From a virus, in IMG/VR virus record IMGVR_UViG_3300040781_000091, positions 1 to 64,000 of that record: DNA of 64,000 bases; one strand, given 5' to 3'. The notes below the pieces were generated by a model. That model did no database searches and was not told the origin of the DNA. It saw only the letters and a list, made by a program, of their open reading frames with translations. Of the stretch, positions 56,367 to 64,000 are shown in pieces; the stretch's first letter is position 1, and each line of letters opens with the position of its first letter. The position numbers and the translations under genes are program-made.

Positions 56367-59243
56367 TTATGATCGCCACTTTAGCACTAACTTTATTACG
56401 GTATCCTTTATCTTGCCAGGAATACCGTCAGCGGCTCTTAATCGAATTTTATCGCCTTGGTTGAAGTCGATATCTAGTGTTGTATTTATAAAGGAAGCAT
56501 CGGTTCCGCCGGACAATAGTCCAATCGGGCCGAGGTCCGTATCGTTTATGTATAGGTGTATATTTTTAGTTGCAAGACCAGTATCAACACAATATGCAGA
56601 AGCATATGTAAGTGTTCCGTCGAACTCCGATATGTATCCACTATTTGCATTGATTGTGTTACCTATTCTTATCCATTGTAAATTGTCTAGCCTGCTATCG
56701 GAAAATACAACGGGATTCTCCGAAACAGATAATGTCTTCGATCGTACTGTATCTAAAAATACGATCGTAGGTTGTCCGTTTATAACTTCGTTAAATGTTG
56801 GGGTACTAGTAATATAGCCAGCATCATTAACCAACTCGCTTACATTATCGCCTGGTTGCAAGGCAGTGTCTGCCAACGCACCCTGAGCAGTTGTTGCATA
56901 GAAGGCTGCATAGTCGCCTGCTTCCGCAGTGACATCACCAGTTCTTCCGAATACAGAACTAACATCACCGCCTGTTCCGGAGTTTAATGTATATACATTT
57001 GTATCTCTCCAGTCGACGTAATCGTTACCCTCGTCTGTGCTCTGAAAACTTACTTTTGGTGTATTGGTATATGTATCTCTAGTCTCAAGTATAACTGTTG
57101 CAATTGGTGTAAATTCTTGAAAAGGCAATCCGAACAGTGAGTTGATTTCTGTTTGGGCGTTTTCTTGTGCGGCAGTTTTACTATTATAGTTTTCAATTCC
57201 CTGTATCGCTACGACAGGATTTAGTACATCATTTGTTGCAAAATAATGAACTAATATAAACGAGTTGTTTGCTGCTTCTGTTAGCTGCCAAGTTAATCCG
57301 GTAAACTGGTTATACGGTGGGCGGCCATTTGCACCAATAAAAACAATACTGTCGCTAAAAATAAAAGGAAAACTGCTTGCTTCTTTTTTACTCCAATCGC
57401 CGAGAGCCCCTGTTCTAAACCATACAGGTATCTGAGCAACAGGAGACAGATTTTGCCTCAAATCGTAATTGTTAATAACAGGTGCATTATTATCTAATAT
57501 TAAATGCCCTAAATCTTCATCACGTATGTAACCATTCTCTACAATAAACTGTGCGTCTGCATTCGTAGGATTTGCAGGGTCGACACTCATATTCAATAGT
57601 GCTAGGCCGGAAATATACTGAGCACCGAATGACTCATGAAAATGTATATGCGTCGCGGAATCCATTGTGATTCCGTGTCTTTCGTCGCCTAACGTCACAA
57701 GCCCTGTTGTTCCGGCTGCTGGGGTATCGTTCCACGTTAAGTTGGCCACATACGAGTTATCTACTAGTATAGTAGTAAAATCTGGATTTAATGTTGCCTG
57801 CAATGTTACAGTGTCGTCTAAATAGAAGAAATATGTTCCTGTTGTATCGGGTATAGTAACTGACAGCGGGGCCGAGACTGTATACTTAACTCCGTGAATA
57901 TAGTAATCGAAGCTTGTCGCAGGAGCTAATGGCTCTACTGTAAATGTTCTGGTCGCAATTACAAAAGAAAATGTAGAATCAGTTCTATTAAGGAATCCAG
58001 TTGGTTCGTCTGTATCTTCGGCAATTTCACTCGCAAGCGAAGTGACGAACTCAACTGCATCTCCTGCAGAGTTAACCTGAAGGACTTTTCCTTCCGCACC
58101 GGTATAACTAGCGGGTGTATCAGTTAGCCCGATGAATGTTGTAGAGCCTGTTGTCTTGTTTCCAGGGACAAACTCCGTACCGTTCCATTCGATGATCTGC
58201 CCAGTCGTAATTCCTGTTATGTCTACATCTGATAAATCGCCAATCGACTGCGCTGATATCGTAGTCAGATACCCTGCATCATTAACTAATTCGCTTACAT
58301 TATCGCCGGGTGCTAGTGTGTTTGCTAGAAGCCAGTCGAGTGCATCTGAGACAGAGACACCAGTTACACCGCTTACGTTGGTTATTTGATCGGAATCATA
58401 ATCACCCACTTCTGCAACAACAACTCCGGTCCTACCGAACACAGAATCAACTGCACCAGTTCCTCCGGTGCCGGGTTCCCATTCGCCACTGACCGAATTA
58501 TACGTCAGTACATTGCCATTCGCTGCACCGGTTGTATCGACATCGATTAGATCGCCTAGTGCTAGATTAGCAAGAGTATTCTCTATGTTAGTAATATCGG
58601 TGGTGTTAGTATCGACTAGTGCATCTAATTCGTCTATTGCTGCCTGAACATCTGTTGCCGATAAACCACTTATAGTGCTATCATAGTCAACTTGTATTGC
58701 ATCGTAATCGCCTGCTTCTGCGACAACCACACCCACACGACCGAAAACACTAGTTACTGCTCCTGTACCGCCGCCGGGTACAAATATCAACCCGTCTTCG
58801 GTGGCATTTACAACAACCGTCTGACCAGCAAAGCCGGCATAAGACGCGGGAGTGTCAGTTAACTCTATAAACTGAGTAACACCGGATCCGAGGGGTATCA
58901 AATTATAATAAACCTGTTCGACTGTGACGTTAGACACATCGACTTGATCGACACCGATTGTTCCAAGTGATCGTACTAAAATTTCAATTTCTGCTGCTGT
59001 CCAATCTGCTCGGTTTGTCTCTAATGCAAAGGACATACCAAGCGGGTTAGTAATCGGATTCATAATCGAAATTGTTGCCCGATCAGACAACAGTGTATAG
59101 ATAATCTCAGCAGCCGATCCCTGAACAGGCTGACCATACATGTCAACTGCCCCAGAGAAGTCGGCCCCGATTATCCTAAAATGTTGTAACGAGCCTGTAA
59201 GTACTTGATCACAGAATCCCCCGCCGTTAACCCTAACTGGCAT
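56367..59243 (-). CDS. Long fibre protein with an N-terminal xxVNG domain
   Basis: MPVRVNGG, LTDTPASY x2, SVFGR x3, PGDNVSELVNDAGY x2. Confidence 0.75.
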   Translation of the reverse strand: MPVRVNGGGFCDQVLTGSLQHFRIIGADFSGAVDMYGQPVQGSAAEIIYTLLSDRATISIMNPITNPLGMSFALETNRADWTAAEIEILVRSLGTIGVDQVDVSNVTVEQVYYNLIPLGSGVTQFIELTDTPASYAGFAGQTVVVNATEDGLIFVPGGGTGAVTSVFGRVGVVVAEAGDYDAIQVDYDSTISGLSATDVQAAIDELDALVDTNTTDITNIENTLANLALGDLIDVDTTGAANGNVLTYNSVSGEWEPGTGGTGAVDSVFGRTGVVVAEVGDYDSDQITNVSGVTGVSVSDALDWLLANTLAPGDNVSELVNDAGYLTTISAQSIGDLSDVDITGITTGQIIEWNGTEFVPGNKTTGSTTFIGLTDTPASYTGAEGKVLQVNSAGDAVEFVTSLASEIAEDTDEPTGFLNRTDSTFSFVIATRTFTVEPLAPATSFDYYIHGVKYTVSAPLSVTIPDTTGTYFFYLDDTVTLQATLNPDFTTILVDNSYVANLTWNDTPAAGTTGLVTLGDERHGITMDSATHIHFHESFGAQYISGLALLNMSVDPANPTNADAQFIVENGYIRDEDLGHLILDNNAPVINNYDLRQNLSPVAQIPVWFRTGALGDWSKKEASSFPFIFSDSIVFIGANGRPPYNQFTGLTWQLTEAANNSFILVHYFATNDVLNPVVAIQGIENYNSKTAAQENAQTEINSLFGLPFQEFTPIATVILETRDTYTNTPKVSFQSTDEGNDYVDWRDTNVYTLNSGTGGDVSSVFGRTGDVTAEAGDYAAFYATTAQGALADTALQPGDNVSELVNDAGYITSTPTFNEVINGQPTIVFLDTVRSKTLSVSENPVVFSDSRLDNLQWIRIGNTINANSGYISEFDGTLTYASAYCVDTGLATKNIHLYINDTDLGPIGLLSGGTDASFINTTLDIDFNQGDKIRLRAADGIPGKIKDTVIKLVLKWRS

Positions 59244-59254
59244 AGGTTACTCCT

Positions 59255-59758
59255 TTAAGCTAATTCGAACGGTACTTGTGTAATTGCAACTGTAGTTGAT
59301 ACGTTAGCTGTGACCGGTGGTGCGCCTGCTGCGCCTGCTGATACTGGCACTGTTAGTGTTGCTCCAATAGCAGCAATAGCATCCTGCATAGCAACAACAT
59401 CCACATCGCCGCCAGTTCCATCTGGTAGTACCGGTGTAATCCATCCAAATGCCGTTCCGTCTACGGAAAAGTCGATTTCGGTTTCTGCGCCTGGCGCACC
59501 AATTACACCAATATCTACAACGGTGCATTTCTCCATAATTGCTTCTAATGCCCAGTTAGCTAGAGAACCTGGTACTGGGCGATCCTCGCCAACAGTAAAA
59601 TATGTTGTAGCAGGAGTTGCGCCGCCAGTTACAGGCGAGTCAAGTGTTACTGTACCATCACTAACAGTCCAAGCAAAGGCCCCTGTCATCTTAAAGTATA
59701 GTAATTTGCCAGCAAGCATTTGGTCTGTAATGATGCCACCGTTTACTTGTGTTGTCAT
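59255..59758 (-). CDS. Virion protein, MTxxVNG family
   Basis: MTTQVNGG; own late promoter, SD GGAG. Confidence 0.7.
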   Translation of the reverse strand: MTTQVNGGIITDQMLAGKLLYFKMTGAFAWTVSDGTVTLDSPVTGGATPATTYFTVGEDRPVPGSLANWALEAIMEKCTVVDIGVIGAPGAETEIDFSVDGTAFGWITPVLPDGTGGDVDVVAMQDAIAAIGATLTVPVSAGAAGAPPVTANVSTTVAITQVPFELA

Positions 59759-59824
59759 GTTAATTCTCCATAATGAAAATGTTTCTTGTATTTATCAATA
59801 AAGTCAAACCTTTCGTGCAGTCAC

Positions 59825-59850
59825 AAAAAAGCAGCCCTAAGGCTGCTTTT
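59825..59850 (-). terminator. Intrinsic terminator, probably bidirectional
   Basis: GCAGCC-TTAG-GGCTGC followed by T6. Confidence 0.85.
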
Positions 59851-59867
59851 AAGCAAATATCAATTCC

Positions 59868-60374
59868 TTACGGTGTAGGTACTGGTGCTGGGGAATCAAC
59901 CGGGACTACAACAAATCCGCCGCCAATTGAAATCTCAAGAGTTGATCCTGGGTAAGGATAGCCAGTTAGTATCTGAACTATGAACTCGCTCAAGATAGGG
60001 TCGTCGCCGACTAAAGTAGGAGGATCGCCGATTACTGCGGCTGCTGTTCCTTTTACTGTTGTTCCTTCGATGAATTCTCCTGCTGCATACCCATAAGAAA
60101 CGTAAAGGTTAGCGCCGGTTCCGTCTTGTACTGGTGATTCGTCGTTGTTCATGCCGATGATTGTTCCGCGCTGCTCTAATACATTTATAACTTTCTGAGT
60201 GTAACCTTCTGTGGTCCACGGTGTTCCAAATGCGTTAAGAAACGGTGCGTCGGTTATATATGCACTAATAATCATCCATGCTACTTTCTTCTCGTTCCAG
60301 AAGCCGGGACGTGGCGCTGTTGCTGCATTAGGTGCAACATTGACAGTGTTTGGGTTGTTTGGTAAGAATGCCAT
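59868..60374 (-). CDS. Virion protein, paralog of 60484-60885
   Basis: GFWNEK / QKVINVLEQRGTIIG; start reassigned to MAFLP with SD GGAG. Confidence 0.7.
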   Translation of the reverse strand: MAFLPNNPNTVNVAPNAATAPRPGFWNEKKVAWMIISAYITDAPFLNAFGTPWTTEGYTQKVINVLEQRGTIIGMNNDESPVQDGTGANLYVSYGYAAGEFIEGTTVKGTAAAVIGDPPTLVGDDPILSEFIVQILTGYPYPGSTLEISIGGGFVVVPVDSPAPVPTP

Positions 60375-60435
60375 ATTAAATTTCTCCATAAGAAAATATG
60401 TTTTGTATATTTATCCATTATCAGAAAATCTAGTC

Positions 60436-60463
60436 AAAAAAAAGCAGCCCGGAGGCTGCTTTT
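60436..60463 (-). terminator. Intrinsic terminator, probably bidirectional
   Basis: GCAGCC-TCCG-GGCTGC followed by T8. Confidence 0.85.
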
Positions 60464-60483
60464 CGAATCCTACTGCTACTCTA

Positions 60484-60885
60484 TTAAGGAGTGAAAGGAG
60501 GATCAGGCTGTACGTGAGTAACAACTGCAGGAGTTGCGCCAGCGAAGCCTTCGAATACAGTGATTGTACAAGTGCTGCTAGTAGCTGCATCGATTGCAAC
60601 TTGTAGCTCGTCGATAACAGTGTTAACGCCGCTTGGTACAGAACCGTCTGGTACAAGCTCTTCCCATGCGCCAGCAGATGTGCCGAATAGGTAGTTTGCT
60701 TCTGTAGCAGAAACAACAGTGTAACCAATTACAGTACCACGAGTCTGTAGGATATTCATAACTTGCTGGTTTACACCGTTGATGGTGTCAGCTGTTAGAT
60801 CAACAAGACCAGTGATGTTTAAGATTGATGTATCTTTCTCGTACCAAGAACCTTGGTAAAGCATTCCATTAACTTTTTGTGTCAT
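60484..60885 (-). CDS. Virion protein, MTxxVNG family
   Basis: MTQKVNG..GSWYEK..QQVMNILQTRGTVIG; promoter, 5' hairpin, SD and terminator. Confidence 0.75.
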   Translation of the reverse strand: MTQKVNGMLYQGSWYEKDTSILNITGLVDLTADTINGVNQQVMNILQTRGTVIGYTVVSATEANYLFGTSAGAWEELVPDGSVPSGVNTVIDELQVAIDAATSSTCTITVFEGFAGATPAVVTHVQPDPPFTP

Positions 60886-60938
60886 TTTATTTCTCCTAAA
60901 AATTCTTTTAGCAAATCCTTATGATCTGCTGTTAAGTT

Positions 60939-60946
60939 TATTTATC
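60939..60946 (-). promoter_or_regulatory. T4-like late promoter GATAAATA (other copies at 6978, 19596, 25410, 26296, 27960, 42926, 46503, 48520, 59789, 60408; TATAAATA at 30926, 43641)
   Basis: Recurrent octamer just upstream of genes, matching T4 TATAAATA. Confidence 0.75.
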
Positions 60947-60958
60947 AAAATTATCGAA

Positions 60959-61249
60959 TTATTTGCTAATAGATAACTCTAAATCGTATATATGTCCGTC
61001 GTCTAACTCTACTTTAGCATAATACCCGTCTGCCTTAGCGTTTAGCTCGTGAAATTTAACGAAATGTGGGTTCTTTTTAAGTTCGTTATAAAAAGCAAAG
61101 CCCGAGGTGCCGTAAGACGATGGCTCCTGTTTTTCATCATAAATGCTAGCACGTTTGTTCATTTTGCCGGTACTATGACCGATAGTAGCGATATTTCCGG
61201 CTCCGGTTGCACCCATACTAGCAGATTCTTTTATGTCTTTAATTCTCAT
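60959..61249 (-). CDS. Candidate internal head protein
   Basis: MRIKDIKE|SASMGATGAGNIA. Confidence 0.6.
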   Translation of the reverse strand: MRIKDIKESASMGATGAGNIATIGHSTGKMNKRASIYDEKQEPSSYGTSGFAFYNELKKNPHFVKFHELNAKADGYYAKVELDDGHIYDLELSISK

Positions 61250-61512
61250 CGGAAAGGCGCCTCTTCATCTCTTGCCGGAGCAGATGGGTAATCACTCTGG
61301 AGTGTTGCAAGATCGTCGATTGTTGATCGAGTGCCATTTTTCTTTAATTGCTTTCCAGCTACTCTTAATAGATCAGCAAGTTCTTTATCGGATGGTTCGC
61401 CATCTAGGAAATCATTCACTATAGTTTTCACCATACTTCTAAGCGCACTCGGAGAGGACAACCCGATTGGGCTCTCGTCGAGACTTTCGTTTGTAATATC
61501 TTTAAACTTCAT
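61246..61512 (-). CDS. Candidate internal head protein
   Basis: Start reassigned to MKFKDITNESLDE. Confidence 0.6.
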   Translation of the reverse strand: MKFKDITNESLDESPIGLSSPSALRSMVKTIVNDFLDGEPSDKELADLLRVAGKQLKKNGTRSTIDDLATLQSDYPSAPARDEEAPFR

Positions 61513-61807
61513 GCTTCTTCTCTCTCCAAATATCGCCAAGTACTTTTATGTCCGACTTGCGTATATTTAGCATTAATTGAAGTAGCTGATTCGTAGTTTC
61601 TTGATTTGTACGAGAACTAAGAGAGTACTTAGATTTTATCTGACTAATTAGTGATTGCATTTCCTTTTCTCGTGCAACTGCTCCACGAAAAACACGATCG
61701 ATAGTCTCGAAGTCGACGTCGGCATATCGTTTACGTAACTCGGAAGCGGCTGCCGATTCGTCGTAGTTTACACCGATATCTCGTTTTGTCACTTCGTCGA
61801 GTTTCAT
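61502..61807 (-). CDS. Candidate internal head protein
   Basis: MKLDEV N-terminus; ATGA coupling. Confidence 0.6.
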   Translation of the reverse strand: MKLDEVTKRDIGVNYDESAAASELRKRYADVDFETIDRVFRGAVAREKEMQSLISQIKSKYSLSSRTNQETTNQLLQLMLNIRKSDIKVLGDIWREKKHEV

Positions 61808-62820
61808 CCTACAAACCTCTGCCCTTTAAGATAACCCTCGGGCTTAGTTTGCATAGTTGCATATCGTCCGCCAGCACTATCCTTCTGATCGTCTTCTTGC
61901 AATTGGACATCACGTGGAACCTCTTCTTTAGAGATCACACCCGACTTTAGCGCCATTGAATAAATTCTTTCTACCATCGGATGCTTACGCATAACAGGAG
62001 CCTGATCTATATAAAAAGACAGGTTTTCAATCTCATCAGCAAGACGATCGGCAAATATAGCAACTTCTTCATATTGATATTCGGCTTCGTCGTGGTCACC
62101 GGCTTGTCCCCACATCTCACTTACCTTCTTAAGGTCTTTAATTATCCCTGCAAGATCGGGGTTCTCCATAGCGGTGTCTTCTTCTAGCTCCCCGGTGACT
62201 TCCCCTATAATGGTATGTGCGTCTTCGCTTCTAAGCCACGTTGCAACAGTTTTGTTATTAGCCGAATATATAGTATTGGGTTCACTCGGACGACCCGCTA
62301 CACGCCATGGTAGGGGATATTCTTCTGTCGGGCCGAATGTGGCGGCGTCTACTCCGTCGCCTATGCCAGCGAAGCCTTTTGCTTTAAATTCTGCATCGCG
62401 CTCTCGGCTTCTCTGGTGTAGTGCTTTTAGGGTCGGAGACTCTCTGCCTTCTTTGTCGCCTTCCTCTTGCAAACTTTCGTTCTTCTTATTCTCTCGATTC
62501 CAGGCAGTCGAATACAATACACGCTCCCAGTCCTTTCCGTATCGAGCTTTGAACTCAGGCTTGCGCTTTTTAATCCATTCTTCCTGACCGGGCGGAGCAA
62601 CCTCATTAACGGCCCACGAACTATATGTTCCAGGGCGAACCGCATGGCGGCGCTCTTGTTCTTTAGCAATATCCAATGCAGACTTTCCACGGAAGCGAGG
62701 ATCTGCTGCTAATTCCTCAAATCTTTTACGCAGCTCTTCGTTAGACATTGCAGCGAGCTTTTGCTTTTGTTTAGCAACTACCGACGGCATGCCTTCGTTT
62801 AATATATCATTAATTTTCAT
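61804..62820 (-). CDS. Candidate internal head polyprotein
   Basis: MKINDILNE; internal VNE, LQE, LEE, LQE sites between modules. Confidence 0.6.
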   Translation of the reverse strand: MKINDILNEGMPSVVAKQKQKLAAMSNEELRKRFEELAADPRFRGKSALDIAKEQERRHAVRPGTYSSWAVNEVAPPGQEEWIKKRKPEFKARYGKDWERVLYSTAWNRENKKNESLQEEGDKEGRESPTLKALHQRSRERDAEFKAKGFAGIGDGVDAATFGPTEEYPLPWRVAGRPSEPNTIYSANNKTVATWLRSEDAHTIIGEVTGELEEDTAMENPDLAGIIKDLKKVSEMWGQAGDHDEAEYQYEEVAIFADRLADEIENLSFYIDQAPVMRKHPMVERIYSMALKSGVISKEEVPRDVQLQEDDQKDSAGGRYATMQTKPEGYLKGQRFVG

Positions 62821-62829
62821 AGTGTGTCC

Positions 62830-63228
62830 TTATACCGTTAGTTTAGGATTGCTGGTCATGAAATTCGGTTTACGCATCACTGTCTTAGCAATCAGTTCAA
62901 ACATTTTTCTACGTGGATTCCAGTTTAATACAAAGGGCGAATTAAGCTTACTTCCCACGTCATTTATAACAGCCTGTGCCTTATCTCCCATGTCTGCTAT
63001 TTGTTTTCCGTACTTTTGTTCGGCCTTTCCGAACATTTTAAATAATTCGCCTGTAGTAATCTGCTTTCTGTTACGCTGATCGTTTACGCGGTCAAGAAAG
63101 TGGCGAGTAAATTCTAGGTCGATGTCGTCCCTATTATACAAAGCATCTAGATATTTTTCAAGTGAATCTAGATCTTGCTGAGTAACAGGTTCGTCGGGCG
63201 AAGTTGATGTAAATTCGTATAATCTCAT
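62830..63228 (-). CDS. Candidate packaged protein, possibly RelE/BECR-like fold
   Basis: MRLYEF; FTRHFLDRVND.RN...LIAKTVMRK. Confidence 0.5.
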   Translation of the reverse strand: MRLYEFTSTSPDEPVTQQDLDSLEKYLDALYNRDDIDLEFTRHFLDRVNDQRNRKQITTGELFKMFGKAEQKYGKQIADMGDKAQAVINDVGSKLNSPFVLNWNPRRKMFELIAKTVMRKPNFMTSNPKLTV

Positions 63229-64000
63229 GCCGCCCCCATATACTGTGCAATTTCCGGTGGGTAATCGTATTCACGTTTACCGATGTCGTGATGTTGTGAG
63301 AAATTCTTTGCCATCTGTTTAAATATTTCTTCTTGTGTTGCTTTATCGAACGATTTCTTTACGGCTTCGACAATTGATTCTGCGCTGTTCAAAACATTTG
63401 CTCCTGCTTTTCCGATGAATAATATCTTAGCGATATCTTCTGCTTTTTTGTAGGGCTTCCCTAAAATTACTTCGTCCTGCTTCTGGAGCCATTTCCCAGT
63501 CTTGGCGTTTTTTCTACTAGTACGTTTTACTTTTATTAATCCGTCGTTCGGTGACCACTTCCATCTAATTGTTTCTATCGGTCTTCCTTGATCGTCGACT
63601 TCTTTACTGGTTGCTCTATCTGTAAATCCTGCAAGGGTAGACAATGCAATATTACGGTGTGTTCCTTTTAATTTAGACTCGGTTTCGCTAGGAGAGTGCA
63701 GATATAATTTCAACCAATCTCTGTCGCCAAACATATAATCAACCTGCACATATCCTGTTCGAGGATGTCTAGCATCGTGCGCTGGGTTAAAGTTTTGTAT
63801 AGGCACCTTTGTCGTAAGTAGTTTACCTATCTTACGTACATTTACATCACCGAATGTCTTTCTTAGATCTGAGATAAATTGATCCATCTCTTCTTTGGTC
63901 TTCGGTTCTACTGCAAGATCAATGTCACCGCTGTATTCTTTTTTGCCAACCGAACCTAGCACACGGCCACCGATATCCTCGAGGTTAGTTTTTTTAGCAA
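63225..64000 (-). CDS. Pol-beta superfamily nucleotidyltransferase, N-terminus outside the window
   Basis: LGSVGKKEYSGDIDL and VQVDYM; frame open to the window edge. Confidence 0.75.
   Translation of the reverse strand, partial: AKKTNLEDIGGRVLGSVGKKEYSGDIDLAVEPKTKEEMDQFISDLRKTFGDVNVRKIGKLLTTKVPIQNFNPAHDARHPRTGYVQVDYMFGDRDWLKLYLHSPSETESKLKGTHRNIALSTLAGFTDRATSKEVDDQGRPIETIRWKWSPNDGLIKVKRTSRKNAKTGKWLQKQDEVILGKPYKKAEDIAKILFIGKAGANVLNSAESIVEAVKKSFDKATQEEIFKQMAKNFSQHHDIGKREYDYPPEIAQYMGAA

Noticed and set aside
50893-59801. Long plus-strand ORFs in the fibre region (for example 50893-51651, 59310-59801)
   Set aside because: Antisense frames left open by codon bias in G/A/T/V-rich genes; no promoters or SD
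1-64000. tRNA genes or stop-codon reassignment
   Set aside because: Intergenic gaps are short with no cloverleaf noticed. Genes tile fully under the standard code, with TAA, TGA and TAG all used as stops.

Overview
This 64-kb window comes from a large (jumbo-type) lytic myophage-like genome, probably infecting a Gram-negative host. About 93 genes are densely packed and all but one lie on the minus strand. Region 1-41.9 kb holds host-takeover and metabolic genes: NAD+ salvage (NadV/Nampt, NadM-Nudix), a divergent PurA-like ligase with a vWA and a Met-rich partner, RtcB, MazG, Pth2-like, Skp, ClpP, ClpX, ClpS, FtsH, Hsp20, ribosomal protein bS21, SOD, a sulfotransferase, QueD, FolE, ThyA, NrdAB, DNA ligase and exonucleases. 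Region 41.9-64 kb holds late virion genes: core/scaffold-like proteins, modular fibre proteins, a paralogous MTxxVNG family, and proteins with a capsid-targeting-like N-terminus. Two promoter classes are visible: sigma70-type (TTGACA-N16/17-TATAAT) and T4-like late (G/T)ATAAATA. Best novel candidates: (i) a two-hairpin 5' leader shared by both NAD-salvage genes, with an identical SD-sequestering 15-mer, compensatory flanks and a GAWAGAC loop; (ii) the Met-rich/vWA/PurA-like operon, whose PurA has lost its aspartate-binding loop; (iii) several apparently leaderless mRNAs in a phage that encodes bS21; (iv) a mix-and-match set of surface fibre domains. I saw no tRNA, CRISPR array, intron or intein. 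All calls come from reading motifs by eye, with no database search.
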